Assembly: GCA_951406725.2 (NCBI GenBank)
Contig: OX597833.1
Coordinates: forward strand, 21,328,001 to 21,392,000
Source: Octopus vulgaris
Lineage: Eukaryota
Direction of reading: 5' to 3'
DNA length: 64,000 bases
Every line of letters starts with the position of its first letter. Position 1 is the first letter of the stretch. Below the pieces are notes generated by a model that saw nothing but the letters and a program-made list of their open reading frames with translations, was not told where the DNA came from and ran no database searches. Positions 39,728-55,069 of the stretch are shown in pieces. Position numbers and translations under genes: made by a program.

Positions 39728-40578
39728 ACAGGGTGCGATGGGCAACTTGTTGCCATTTTATATTTTTGATTTCATGCATGTGCATTGTTTGTTTTTGATT
39801 TTGTTGACTACACAGTATAGTAGGGTCAGTTGGGAACCGCTTGTGAGAAAAACAGTACCATGACGCAATTCATTCTGCTAGAAATTTGGAAACAACATGC
39901 TGTACTGCTTGGCAATCGCGCTGAAAGCTCTAATATGAACATTTCAGAATGTTTGGGTGTCAGTCTCAGGACATGATCCGAGAGTGATAAAAATCAAAAA
40001 CCCAGTCAACATCATGCTGTTTCGAGTGATTACTAGTGATGGCGACGTTATGCCTCCATTCATCTTCCCACATGGCCTCAGGTTTAACACGGAGGCCTAC
40101 ATCAAATGACTAAAGTAACTAGTGCTGCCCTGGATCAAGAGGGTGGCTGATGGAGAACTCTGTGCTTGCCTACAGGACCCTGCACCTTGCCACACAAACA
40201 GGAGAACCCAATCACTGCTGTCAGACAATTTCTGCGACAACATCACCCCCAACATCTGGCTTCCTAACTCCCCAGACTGCAACCCCCTTAAATTATTATG
40301 TAAGGTGCGCAGTTGAACGAGAGACCAACAAAAATCCTTGTAACACCAAAGATGAACGGAAGGCAAGGTTTATGGCAGCATTCACCAACTTAAACGAGGA
40401 GACGGTCCAGAACAGTTGGACGCCGTGGTGAAACCAATGGCGATATTATTGAATAAATTTTCTCTTTAGTATTTCAAGATATTTTCATGTAATTTTGGTA
40501 AATATATCTGTTAAAATTAGATGCCAGGGTTATTTTCATTTTTGCGTCATTCGACGGCAATATATTAACCGCACTATG

Positions 40579-40580
<2 letters not shown>
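39727..40580 (+). mobile_element. Decayed Tc1/mariner element of DD37D (maT)-type spacing
   Basis: ITSDGDVMPPFIFPHGLRFNTEAYIK...VLPWIKRVADG...QDPAPCHTNRRTQSLLSDNFCDNITPNIWLPNSPDCNPL. There are 37 residues between the QD aspartate and the (mutated) third catalytic position. Confidence 0.8.
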
Positions 40581-40649
<69 letters not shown>

Positions 40650-40685
40650 TACACACACACATATATATGTATGAATGTATGTGTG

Positions 40686-40729
<44 letters not shown>

Positions 40730-40730
<1 letters not shown>

Positions 40731-41146
40731 AGACGTAAGAGTAGCTGTAGTTGTGTGGTAAGTAGCTTGCTTACCAACCACATGGTTCTGGGTTAAGTCC
40801 CACTGCGTGTCACCTTGGGCAAGTGTCTTCTACTATAGCCTCGACCCGACCAAAGCCTTGTGAGTGGATTGGTAGACGGATAGGGAAAGAAGCCCGTCGT
40901 ATATATGTATATATATATATGCGTGTGTGCATGTTTGTGTGTCTGTGTTTGTCACCCTAGCATCGCTTGACAACCGATGCTGGTGAAATTACGTCCCTGT
41001 TACTTAGCGGGTCGGCAAAAAAGACCGATAGAATAAGTACTAGGCTTACAAAGAATAAGTCCTGGGGTCGATTTGCTCGACTAAAAGCGGTGCTCCAGCA
41101 TGGCCGCAGTCAAATGAATGAAACAAGTAAAAGAGTGAAAGAGAGT
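40730..41146 (+). mobile_element. SINE family C
   Basis: Full-length copy. Confidence 0.88.
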
Positions 41147-41831
41147 GATATGTATATATATATATATGTATGTATATGTGTATGTACATACGTATGTATG
41201 TATGTATGTACGACGGGCTTCTTTCAGTCTCCGTCGACCAAATCCACTCACAAGACTTTAATCGGACCGATGCTATAGGAACTCACACTTGCCCGAATTG
41301 TTAGGCAGTGAGGCTGAACCCGATACATATATCAATCCATTCATCCATCCATCCATACACCCATACACACATACATACATACATACATACATACATACAT
41401 ACATACATACATACATACATACACCCAAACACACATACATACATATACATCCATCCATCCATCCATACATACATACATAGGGTAACTTAATGTAGGGTCA
41501 GAACTGTTTACAATACAGTTGCAGGATAAACATTTATTGATGTTATATGTAAAATCGCTGTGTCGTGCGACTGTTAGTTTTGCTAATGCTGTAAGCTGGT
41601 TACAAAGCCGTTAGTGCTCCACCTTAAATGTTTTCGCATATTGCTTTATGGGCGTGCTGTAACTGCACAGTAAATGTCCATTTCGCTGTGTTATTGTCTT
41701 GTGTTGTCTTGAATATTGCTGTGATTGAATAATTCCATGTTCATTCGTGCACAGGATTCCATATATTAGCAAACATACTTATAACATAGATGCATATTTA
41801 CATGTGTGCACGGATGCATATATATATATAT

Positions 41832-42893
41832 AGGAGATAAATAAAAATATATGCATACATACAAACATATATGTACGTACCTACATCTACATGTATATAT
41901 ACATGCATATATAAATAATTATACGGGAGTACAGGACATCACAATAAGACGTAGAAACGGAAAAAACCAAAAAACAAAAAACAAGAAAACGGAAAACGAA
42001 AAACAAGAAGACGAAAAACAAATACAGGACGAGCTACACAAGGACAAAACCCCCGTCATCAGCTGTCGCTAGAGGAGTCAGGCATGTTTCGAAGGCAAGA
42101 CAGAACACTAATCCAATAGGCCTTCCTGCGAGAGAATTAAAATAAAATTCCAAGCAGCGGGGCAAAATGAGTACGAACACAAACAAGACGTAGCAATAAA
42201 ACTGCAAAATTAAAATACATTTACAAAAACAAACACACAAGGGGACGAACGAAAAAGCCTTTTTTCTGGCATAGACAAACAATAAAACTGCAAAAATAAA
42301 AATACATGTACAAAAAATACAATTAGTTACAAAACGAAATACATGTACAAAAACAAACACACAAGAGGACGAACGAAAAAGCCTTTTTTCTGGCATAGAC
42401 AAACAATAAAACTGCAAAAATAAAAACACATGTACAAAAAATACAATTTGTTACAAAACGAGAAAATAAAAAGAATACTATACAGGAAATCAACCACACA
42501 GGGGGACGAACGAAAAAGCCTTTTGCTGGCAAGGACGAAAGTGTAGTAGTAGCGCGTGGAGGCAGTCTTTTCAATAGTGGGAACCACGTGTAAAGGAATT
42601 TTGTTTTATAGGCAAGGAAGAGGGAAGGAGGAGGGGGACACGCGGCGAAGAGAGAGGAGGAGTGGGAGGGAGAAAGATTGAAGAGGTTAAAGCAAAGGGA
42701 GAGAGTACCGCATCTTCAATATAATAATATAAATATAAAAAAAGGAACCAAGAAGTGGACCGAAACGACGAATCGGAACGAACCTGATGCGGGGCGCTGT
42801 CAGACAATAAGGAGATAAATAAAAATATATGCATACATACAAACATATATGTACGTACCTACATCTACATGTATATATACATGCATATATAAA

Positions 42894-42901
<8 letters not shown>
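41832..42901 (-). mobile_element. About 1-kb non-coding element with ~90-bp terminal direct repeats and internal ~120-bp tandem repeats (Penelope-derived, inferred)
   Basis: AGGAGATAAATAAAAATATATGCATAC...ATAAATAATTATA is identical at 41832 and 42810. Internal repeats GGACGAACGAAAAAGCCTTTT occur three times. CGAAAC...CTGATGA lies on the minus strand at 42050-42095. Confidence 0.6.
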
Positions 42902-42931
<30 letters not shown>

Positions 42932-43466
42932 CACATATATATGTGCACGTGTGAGCACGTTTCCGCACATATTTCTGTATATGTGTGCATGTACGTTTTT
43001 ATGTATGTATATGTGTGTGTGAGTTCAAATCATATATATATATATATATATATTCTTTTACTCTTTTATCTGTTTCAGTCAGGACTTATTTTTGTAAGCC
43101 TAGTACTTACTCAATCAGTCTTTTTGCCGAACCGCTAGTTTACGGGGACGTAAACATACCAAGATCGGTCGTCAATTGATGGAGGGGACCACACAGACAC
43201 ACAAATACATGCATACATACAAATATACACACACACATATATATGTGTGTGTGTATAAAGAGAGAAGGAGAGAGAGAGAAAGTGAGAAAGAGACAGAGAA
43301 AGAGAAAGCAAAAGAGAGATTTAACACAACTAGATCACATTATGCAAACAAACAGTTGCACAATCAAATACCTGTATTCTTGGAGAACTACGTTGCGTCG
43401 AAACAATTGTAGGGAATAATAAATAGATGGCCAACCGTGCTCCTTCTTCTTGACTCCAATATCTTC

Positions 43467-43505
<39 letters not shown>

Positions 43506-43507
43506 CA

Positions 43508-43668
43508 TAGTTGAGATTTACTGAAAAACAAAAGTCGAAGACAGGTGTATAAACAACAAGCAGGTGTACTAGTTTGACGCTCGAGAAGGTAAGAAAGTCT
43601 TTTACGTTTCGAGTCTACGCTCTCCAACAGAAAGGAACACGCGGAAATAAAGAGAGAGAATAAAAAAC

Positions 43669-43670
<2 letters not shown>
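43508..43670 (-). mobile_element. Penelope-type pseudo-LTR fragment with degenerate hammerhead motif
   Basis: Reverse complement of 43599-43634 is CTTT CTGTTGG A GAG CGTAGA CTC GAAA CG TA AAAG. Confidence 0.5.
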
Positions 43671-43702
<32 letters not shown>

Positions 43703-44641
43703 CGCGCGCGCGCGCATGTATATTTATGTATATATACCCATATATCATACATACATATATAAACACATGCATACATACATGCATTCATGCATACATATAT
43801 ACACACTTACATGTGTATATGCATGCGTACATACATCCATGCGTATGCCAGTGTATAGATACACTTATACGTAGTGATAGATAGATAGATATCGATATAC
43901 ACATACATACATACATATATACATACATATATACCTGCATACATACATACATACATACATACATACATACATACATACATACATACATACATACATACAT
44001 ACATACATACATGCATACATACATATATACATATATAAAGGCACTTTAGTAATACCGAGCGAGCTTCACGATAGGTAAGCAGTTGACGTGTCGTCATTCC
44101 TCGACCGACATTGTTTTGTGAGGGAATTCGGTAGACTGAAACTGTGTGGAAGCCTGCCATAGGTATATGTGTGTGTATCTCCGCATTTGCGGTTTGTCCT
44201 CCGCCATCATTTAGTAACCGGTGCTGGTTTGTTTACGTCCACGTAACTTAAAGACCTTGAAGTATTAGAATCGATTTGTCCAAAACTCTTCAAGGTGAAG
44301 CCCTAACATGGTTGCAGTCTAATTACTAAAACAAGTTTAAAATAATTTTAAAAAATGGATGTCAATGAGATACCAATACGATAGCAAACTATGTGAATTA
44401 GTTTGCTTTTCTCTTTCTGGAAGAATCCCAGCTTTTATGCAAGTATGTATCTGTATGTATGTATGTATGTATGTATGTATGTACGTATGTATGTATGTAT
44501 GTGTGTATGTATGTATGTATATATATGTGTATGTGTATGTGTATGAATATATGTTTGTATATAATCATACATATGTACGTATGCCGTAAAGGCGTACATA
44601 CAAACATGTATACACACACAAATACATACATACATGCATAC

Positions 44642-44719
<78 letters not shown>

Positions 44720-45453
44720 GGTTGCTGAAAAGTTCTTGGCTTAAAGGGGCATCACTAAAAGCCTAGTTGGAGACCCAAAGGGTCGAGTGCTTTTACAAGG
44801 CTTAGAAAACTGAAAGACCGCTGCACTAAGTGCGTGAACCTTGAATAAAATCATAAAGTGATCTACTTCGTGTATGTGTTTTTTTACCCAAGGCCAAGAA
44901 CTTTTCAACAGCCCCCACCCCCACCCCCGTATATATATACATGTATAGTACATCAACTAGTAAACCAAGCGTGCTTTTCTTTTCCCAATGTTTTTCGAAA
45001 TATGAAACGAAAGATTTATCGCTTCTGATGAAGCGATATATGTATATATACGTACATGCATACATACAATAACAGAAAGTGTGATCTATATATATCTAAG
45101 AGTTATTCTTCCAACAGATGGCATTATAATATTGTTTATATATTGTACAACAGCAACGTCATGCGAGATTGGATGATAATACCCATATGAGATTTTCGGG
45201 TCACTACAGATTACGTTTGTAATATATTTCGTAGTAATGTGACACAATCGACATTTTCGGTTACATCTTGGTCGTTTAATGGCTTCTTTTGTCTCTTTTA
45301 TTCATTTGCTATTACGTTGCTATCTCTGGCTCTGGGATTTATCATCTGTTCTTGCTTTGCAAAAGCTAAGCATCGAAATATGACTTTGATGTTATACAGC
45401 AGTCACGAGTCAAGAGAAGCTACACATTCCACAAATATATCCAGCTTATAACG

Positions 45454-45521
<68 letters not shown>

Positions 45522-45529
45522 TCTCGCTC

Positions 45530-45616
<87 letters not shown>

Positions 45617-45642
45617 GCAGATAGATAGATAGACAGACAGAC

Positions 45643-45716
<74 letters not shown>

Positions 45717-45717
<1 letters not shown>

Positions 45718-45970
45718 CTTCTTTATTGACCACGTAGGGCTGAACACTTAAGAGACAAAATACAAAGTAGAGCTTTCCTTTTGGGGAAGATGAGAAGGGA
45801 AAAAATGTGGGTCAAATTGCGATCAAAAGGGGTCGTTAAAAAAAGTGGGGACGATCAATAGGGATCGTGTATCACAGAAATGTCAATGTGAAAAGAGAAA
45901 AAAGATTAGTTTTATCTGTGGATGGAAAAGCCTACGGAAAATACCACGGAAACCTTGGGCAATAGTGTCA
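45717..45970 (-). mobile_element. Third copy of the (TAGA)n-associated LINE 3' end
   Basis: CTTCTTTATTGACCACGTAGGGCTG...CGATCAATAGGGATCGTGTATCACAG...AAAAGCCTACG is shared with 20783-21150. Confidence 0.6.
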
Positions 45971-46000
45971 TAGACAGACAGACAGACAGCTAGATAGATG

Positions 46001-46092
<92 letters not shown>

Positions 46093-46604
46093 TGGACTGC
46101 GACCAAGCTGGTGGACTGCTTTGAAAGTTTTAATCCAGTGTTCTCGTCCATTTTTTTAAAAATTTGTGGAATCGTTAATTATTATCTTATTCTGGTAGAT
46201 CCCCATAGCCATTCCATGATCAAAGGCTGATTTTATAGATACTTCTTCCAAATTTCCTGTTTCGTTTTTCACACGTTGATTTGTCTTGGTTTACAACAGC
46301 ACTCTCTTCGAGAACATGTCTCAGTGATCGGAAAAGTGTTGAACTACGTAATACATCGGAGAAAGAAACTGAGCTGTTTCCCGTCATAAATACATCAAAA
46401 GCAAAACTTTTTCATGGATCCTTAAAATACTGCTGTGAATTCCCAATTTATTATTCCGCTTGCATAGACCCCGTCCCTACCCCAAAAAAATCTCATATGA
46501 ACCCCAGTTGAGAAGTAATTGTTTTAATCGAACAAATTGCCCACCATTTATATATTTTTTAGTTTCGTACTAATTCTTTGGTCATCTGCCGAACCACCAA
46601 ATAA

Positions 46605-47930
46605 CGGTTTCAAATTTTGACAGCAGGCAACAGGTTTAGGGAATGGGGTATATCGATTACATTGACCCCAATATTCAACTGGTACTTATTTCGTCGATGA
46701 AAGGAAAAGTTGAGTTCGGCGGAATTTGAACTCAGAATGTAAAGAAAGACGGAACGCCGCTAAAAACTTTGCCCGACGTACTAACGATTCTACAAGCTCG
46801 CAGCCGTCGAACCGCTAAATAATCGTTTCAAATTTTTGCACAAGGCCAGTAATTTTAGGGAGAGCTAAGTACCAGTATTCAACTGGTACTTATTTTACCG
46901 TCCCCGAAAGGATGAAAGGCAAAGTCGACCTCGGTGGTATTTGAACTCAGAACGTAAAGACGAACAGAATGCTGCTATGCATTTTCCCCGCCGTAGCTAA
47001 CAATTCTTATTTCTTTACTACCCACAAGGGGCTACACACAGAGGGGACAAACAAGCACAGACAAAGGGATTGAGTCGATTATATCGACCCCAGTGCGTAA
47101 CTGGTACTTATTTAATCGAGCCCGAAAGGATGAGAAGCAAAGTCGACCTCGGTGGAATTTGAACTCAGAACGTAGCGGCAGACGAAATACTGCTAAACAT
47201 TTCGCCCGGCATGCTAACGATTCTGCCAGCCCACCGCCTTCAAACCTCTAAATAATCCTTTCTACAATAAGCACAAGGCCTGAAATTTGAGGGGAGGAAG
47301 TAAGTCGATTACATCGACTTCTGTACTCAACTGGTATTTATTTCATCGACTCCAAAAGAATAAAAGACAAATTCGACCTCAGTAGTATTTGAACTCAGAA
47401 CGCAAAGCCGGAAGAAATGCCGCTAATCATCTTGCCCGGCGTTGCTAACGGCTCTGCCAGCTCACCGCTAAATAATAAGAGCTTCTTAACCACACAACAG
47501 CGTCAATGAACATTTATACAACATTCTTTTTTACTCTAGGCACAAGGCCTGCAATTTTGGGGAGAGGGCCAATCGATTACATCGACCCCAGTACACAAAT
47601 GGTTCTTAATTTATCGACCCCGAAAGGATGAAAGGCAAAGTCGACCTCGGCGGAATTTGAACTCAGAACGTAAAGACAGATGAAATACCTATTTCTATTT
47701 CTTTACTACTCACAAGGGGCTACACACAGAGCGGACAAACAAGGACAGACAAACGGATTAAAGTCGATTATATCGACCCCAGTGCGTAACTGGTACTTAT
47801 TTAATCGACCCCGAAAGGATGAAAGGCAAAGTCGACCTCGGCGTAATTTGAACTCAGAACGTAGCGGCAGACGAAATGCCGCCAAGCATTTCGCCCGGCG
47901 TGCTAACGATTCTGCCAGCTCGCTGCCTTC
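46605..47930 (-). mobile_element. Head-to-tail array of about 5-6 SINE family A units
   Basis: Repeated GAAAGGATGAAAGGCAAAGTCGACCTCGGCGGAATTTGAACTCAGAACGT...CCCGGCGTGCTAACGATTCTGCCAGCTC blocks. Confidence 0.88.
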
Positions 47931-48516
47931 TAACCGCTAAATAATAAGAGCTTCTTAACCACACAACAATGTCAATGAGCATTTATACAACATTACAAGG
48001 ACTCAGCAATTGAGTGTCCTGGAATGAACACTTGCACATAATCGCATGTGCATATCACACTGGCACAGTGTGATATGCACATGCGATACATAAACAGTTG
48101 TAAGGTACATACTTGTATGATGAAATGGCAGGCATACACCGCACAATCTTTAAGTGTAAGTTTATTTATACATTCTGTTGTGTCTGGGGAGAGTCATTTT
48201 CTTTTTGTGCCTTATAATGGAAAACAATTAAATTGTGGAAAAATTAAATGAAAGGTATTTTAAAATATTTCCATAGTTTTCAAATACACAGGACATTTTC
48301 CTTTTTTCTGTAATTGCTTTTCATACTTTACTCTGATTTGAAAAAGTCGCAGAGACTGAAACCGGTACTAAAATGTTCTTCATGAAAAAATTATTTTAGC
48401 ATTTTCTATCTAATCTTACTTTCCTTATACATATCAACTCGTGTGTTACTTTCCATGCTGATGTTGCGCTCGTCTCTCTCCCTCTCCTCCTCCTTCCCTC
48501 TCCTCCTCCTTCCCTC

Positions 48517-48562
<46 letters not shown>

Positions 48563-49191
48563 GCTGTCATGTTCTCGATTTTGCAGTGAGTCAAGGGCTC
48601 AACAACGAGACGTCTGCTCATGACTATATATTCACTTTAAACAATTAGCGAAAACCTGCCAGAAGATACCCCGTCATACTCGCTCGCGAGTGACGTCTAG
48701 ACATATTATAAATATATAGGAGGTGGGGACACTAGCACGGATAGATAGATACATACATACATACATACATACATACATACATACATACATACATACATAC
48801 ATACATACGTACATATATACATACATACAAACAGACAAAAGACAGACAGACAGACTTAGAAAGACAGACATATAGATAGATATATTTCTTTATTACCTAC
48901 AAAGGGCTAAACATAGAGGGAACAAACAAGGACAGACAAAGGTATTATGTCGATTACATCGACCCCAGTGCGTAACTGGTACTTAATTTATCGACCCCGA
49001 AAGGATGAAAGGCGGAATTTGAACTCAGAACGTAACGGCAGACGAAATATAGCTACGGATTTCGCCCGGCATGCTAACGTTTCTGCCAGCTCGCCACATA
49101 CATACATACATACATACATACATACATACATACATAGACAGACTATCAGACAGACGGATTGATAGAGAGATACGCAGCTAGAACACCAGAC

Positions 49192-49234
<43 letters not shown>

Positions 49235-49334
49235 TACACATAGTTCTTTACCTTAACATATAAACGTGTACACATATACATATAACCATAGAAATACACA
49301 CAAAGCTTACGCATACATCTACATATATTCACTT

Positions 49335-49388
<54 letters not shown>

Positions 49389-49419
49389 AATGCATATGTA
49401 TATACGTAAAAATAGACAG

Positions 49420-49539
<120 letters not shown>

Positions 49540-49859
49540 TAGCTAAGGTGTTATATCGCTTAAAATTACTGAGGCAGATTTCAGCTGTAAAATAGCATCA
49601 CAGCTGGCAAACCCGCTCTACGCAGTAGAAATAGCAGCCAAAACCTCCGTCAAATCGCTGTTCGCCATGTCAAAATGTGAGCCACGTTGGGTAATGTGTT
49701 ACTGGTTTTCCATACATGTAGGGAAAAAACAGTAAGAGGGTCACGGCTAAAAAGCCATGACCTATGATCGTAGATTTAGCTGGTCAGGTCTGACCTGAGG
49801 CTAAATTATTACACGCATGTTAGCACACGCAACACTCACGAACACACACAAAATACTCA

Positions 49860-50281
49860 TACGCACACACACACACACTCATACACGCACACACACACAG
49901 ACACACACACACACACATACATACACATACAACCACATGCTACCCCACGCACAAATGCACATACATAATTCGCACTCACAGCACGTACTCATATAGGCTT
50001 ACACTGACACACACACACACACACGCACACACACACAAACATACTCAAACACACCTGTTCCCGCAACATACATAATCCCCACATAATTTCTAACACATAC
50101 ACACACACACACTATGCATGCACAAGCACACAGACAAACACAGAGACACACAAACACGCACGCTTATACGCAATACATAGAGGTATACTACACACACACA
50201 CACAATACCACATATGCACACACATGCCCTGACGACATGTGTATGTAATTCACATACAACACTTATACTTACATACACAAC

Positions 50282-50312
<31 letters not shown>

Positions 50313-50423
50313 ACGCACGTATACACACACAGCACACAGCAGCATAGCACACTGCACAAACACACACACACTCACACACACACAAACACACACATACAGC
50401 ACATAGCAGCATAGCACACTGCA

Positions 50424-50464
<41 letters not shown>

Positions 50465-50810
50465 ACAAACACACACATACACATACAGCGCATAGCAGCA
50501 TAGCACACTGCACAAACACACACACAAAAAAAAAAAAACACGCATACACATACACGCATACTCATACACATAACACACAGTACACGCACATACACACACA
50601 TACACGCAGCACATGGCACACACAGACACATACACTGTATACAGCACACTGCACAAAGATACACACACACACATACACACAGCACTTAGTACACAGCACG
50701 AACACACATACACAAAAACTTACATCACATAGCACACACACATATACATACTCACTCACACACACTCATACACACACATACATATGCGCGCACGCACACA
50801 GTTACATAGT
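49860..50810. repeat. Degenerate (CA)-rich minisatellite region
   Basis: Direct reading; includes repeated AGCAGCATAGCACACTGCACAAAC units. Confidence 0.85.
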
Positions 50811-51175
50811 CACAACACACTCAAATTGGATGGCTGCAGGATTTACTAGAAATAGCAATGAAATCTCAAACAAACCACACACATTACGGTCTTAAAATAG
50901 CAACTCGATGTTTGACATCTTTCAGTCAACAACACATCAAACAGAGATGTGTTGGTTACCGCCGGAATAAGGCCTCTGATCAAAGATCTGCTCGATTATG
51001 GTTGGCCGGGGGCTAAAATCATAATAGCGCTTGGCTATGTGGTAGAGAAGCTTGTTTCCTAACCATTAGATCGTGGGTTCAGTCGCCGCTCTTACTATAT
51101 TCCCGAGCGGACCAATGGATTTGATAAAACGGAAACTCGAAGAAGCCCATCATATACATACCTACATATATATAC

Positions 51176-51242
<67 letters not shown>

Positions 51243-51494
51243 TTCGTTTCTCATTGTGTTCGACGTCTTTTTGGTGTCCTGTACTCATATATGCGTGTAT
51301 ATGTACATGTAGAGGTAGGTACGTACATATATGTTTATATATATGCATATGTTTTATTTTATTTATTAATATATTTATATATATATATATATATATATAC
51401 ATAATACATTTTTTTTTCTAGTTTCAGCTCAGAGCTGCGGCCATGCTGATGCACCGCCGTTAATTAATGCGAGCTCACCAGGATATGTGTATTT

Positions 51495-51876
51495 TGTTTC
51501 AGTCATTCGACTGCGGCCATGCTGGAGCACCGCCTTTAGTCGTACAAATCGCCCCCAGGACTTATTCTTTGTACGCCTAGTACTTATTCTATCGGTCTCT
51601 TTTGCCGAACCGCTAAGTTACGGGGACGTACACACCAGCATCAGTTGTCAAGTGATGATGGTGGGGGGAACAAACACAGACGCACAAACACACACACACA
51701 CATATATATACATATATACAACGGGCTTCTTTCAGTTTCCGTCTACCAAATCCACTCACAAGGCTGTGGTCGGCCCGAGGCTATAGTAGAAAACACTTGG
51801 CCGAGGTGCCATGCAGTGGGACTGAACCTGGAACCATGTGGTTCGTAAGCATGCTACTTACCACACAGCCACTCCT
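51495..51876 (-). mobile_element. SINE family C
   Basis: Full-length copy. Confidence 0.88.
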
Positions 51877-52051
51877 ATCTTAATCATGGATTGATTTCTT
51901 CAGGCGATATAGCATTTATAATTGTTTAACTGAGGGTTGTTTATATATATATGTGTGTGTGTGTTTGTGTGTGTGTGTGTGCGTGTGTAGTGTGTGTGTT
52001 TGTGTGTGTGGGGGGGATGTATGTGTGTGTGTGTGTGTGAGTGTGTACATA

Positions 52052-52356
52052 TGTGGAGGCGCAATGGCCCAGTGGTTAGGGCAGCGGCTCGCGGTCGTAG
52101 GATCACGGTTTCGATTCCCAGACCGGGCATTGTGAGTGTTTATTGAGCGAAAATACATAAAGCTCCACGAGCCTCCGGCAGGGGGTGGTAGCGATCCCTG
52201 CTGTACTCTTTCATCACAACTATCTCTCACTCTTTCTTCTGTTGGCCTGCTCGCTTAGCCAGCGGGGTGGCGTCATTCGAAGGCTAAAAACAATGCGACG
52301 CGCATTGTGACCAGCGATGTGTAGCAACATCTGATAACCTGGTCGGTCACGGTAAT
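52052..52356 (+). mobile_element. SINE family B with a third tail type
   Basis: GTGGAGGCGCAATGGCCCAGTGGTTAGGGCAGCGG...TTCGATTCCCAGACCGGGC; tail GCATTGTGACCAGCGATGTGTAGCAACATCTGAT. Confidence 0.88.
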
Positions 52357-53389
52357 ATCTACATATACATATACATATACATATATGGGTACAGGATGTC
52401 ACCAACTGTAAACAACATGAAATACGAAAGCAAATGAGTTCAATACGCAAAGAGAGAAACAAGTGGAAAACAGGACAAGTAATATAAAGAACGACCCTTC
52501 ATCAGGTGTTGGCTGTCTATCTACTCCTCATTTCGAGCATTGAACGACAATATGAGTCTTCGAAGACAGTTGCTCCCATAAATACCTTAAGAGAGAGAGA
52601 GAGAGAGAGAGAGATACATGCATATATACATATGTATGTTGTGTATGCATACGTACGTACATACACATCTTTATGTTTTATTCGTTTCAGTCATTACACT
52701 GCAGCCATGCTTGGCCACCACCTCAAAAAATTCCTAGTCGAACAAATCGACCCTTGTACTTTTTTAAACCTGGCACGTATTCTATCGGTCTCTTTTACCA
52801 AGCAGCTACGTTACGAGGATGTAAACTAACCAACACCCGTTGTCAAACGGTGGTGTGTATGTATGTATGTATGTACACGACCAGCTTCTTTCAGTTTCCG
52901 TCACAAGGCTTTAGTCGGCCTGAGGCAATAGTAGAAAGCACTTGCCCAATAAGCTGCGCAGTGGGAGTGAACCCGGAGCAACGTGGCCGGGAAGTAAACT
53001 TATTACCACACAGCCACGCATGTGCTTTTGTATGCGTGTGTTTATGTATGTATATGACTATATATGTGTGTGTGTTTGTATGTGTGTATTCATGCATGTA
53101 ATTGTGTATATGTGTGTGAGTGTGTGCTTGTGTTTGTCCCTCAACACCGCTTGAACACCGGTATTGGTTTGTTTACATTCACCTAACATAGCTGTTTCGG
53201 CAACAAGAAAGACGCAGATAGAATAAGTACCAGGCTTCCCCACTCCCCACACTTTTTTCTTTATAAGAAAGAAAGAAAGAAAAGGACTGGTATCGAATTT
53301 TTTTCGAGTAAACCCTCTCCGTGACGGTGCCCCAGCATGGCCGCAGTCCTATGTCTGTAGCAAGTAAAACAAGTAAAGGACGAAAGTAA

Positions 53390-53475
53390 CACACACACAA
53401 ACACAAACACACAGCACACAAACACATAAACATACACACATACATGCACATACACACACACATACATATATACAT

Positions 53476-53508
<33 letters not shown>

Positions 53509-53930
53509 TACACATATACACATACACACATACACATACATACACACATATACACACATATACACACATATAATACACTTATACACATACGCACATACAC
53601 ATACACATACACATACATACACACACACATACATTCATATATACATACACACACACACATATACACACATACACCACATATACATACATTCACACATACA
53701 TATACATACACACAAACAGATACACACACATACACACACATACATACACACACATATACACACGCTTACATACGCACAAACACATACACACATACACACA
53801 TACATACACACACACACACACATACACATAAACACACATACACATACACACATACACATACACACATACACACGCATGCACACACATACACACACACACA
53901 TACACACACACACTCTCTCACACACACACA
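53390..53930. repeat. Long imperfect (CA/TA)n tract
   Basis: Direct reading. Confidence 0.9.
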
Positions 53931-54101
53931 CTCGGAAGCACGGACTGTACAGACTTCAGTACAGTAGAATATCGTGAGTTAATCTCGCTTCCGTGTCTCG
54001 TAAGCTTTTGGTGTTTAGTGAATGTTTCTTCCTCCCTCATTCGCTTCTCTGCTTGTGACAGACAACGTCGTCTTCTTGTCATTGTATTATTCTTCTTCAA
54101 T

Positions 54102-54189
<88 letters not shown>

Positions 54190-54247
54190 TGTGTGTGCGT
54201 GTGTGTGTGTGAGTCTTTGTGTGTGTGTGGTTGCGTGTGTGTGTCTG

Positions 54248-54327
<80 letters not shown>

Positions 54328-54602
54328 TGTGTGTGCGTGTGTGTGTGTGATGCACCGGGAGCGAGCTGGCTGTTGTGTATGGTGCATCTACCCCGCTGCT
54401 TTTATGTGTGTGTCTATATGTGCGTGTATGTACATGTGCCCGTATGTATATATATATATATATAAATGAAAAAAAATGTATGTTAAATATACCAACGACA
54501 TCATAACGTATAATGAATGTAAAAACGAACGGGAGACAAAGACAGGAGGTCCGTAATTCTTCATCATTTAACGACCGATTGGTAATACACACACACATAC
54601 AC

Positions 54603-54672
<70 letters not shown>

Positions 54673-54807
54673 TCTCAATCTCTTTCTCTCTCACATATAC
54701 ATATATGTATATATACATACACACACACATTCACATATGCATGAATGTGTATGTATATATATATATATATATATATATACATACACACACATTCACATAT
54801 ACATGAA

Positions 54808-54863
<56 letters not shown>

Positions 54864-55034
54864 CATGTATGTATGTATGTATGTATGTATGTATGTGTGT
54901 ATGTATGTATGTATGTGTTTGTGTGTGTATACGTTTGTACTAGGCTTACAAAGAATAAGCCCTGGGGTCGATTTGCTCGACTAAAGGCGGTGCTCCAGCA
55001 TGGCCACAGTCAAATGCCTGAAACAAGTAAAAGA

Positions 55035-55069
<35 letters not shown>

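Noticed and set aside
46605-47930. CRISPR-like repeat/spacer array
   Set aside because: The units are about 200-bp SINEs with irregular spacing in eukaryotic DNA, and there are no cas genes.
52052-52130. tRNA genes at SINE heads (also 6821, 8482, 939)
   Set aside because: A and B boxes are present but there is no complete cloverleaf, and each continues into a SINE body.
49860-54470. Numerous Cys/Val- or His/Thr-rich ORFs
   Set aside because: They are translations of (CA)n/(TG)n microsatellites.
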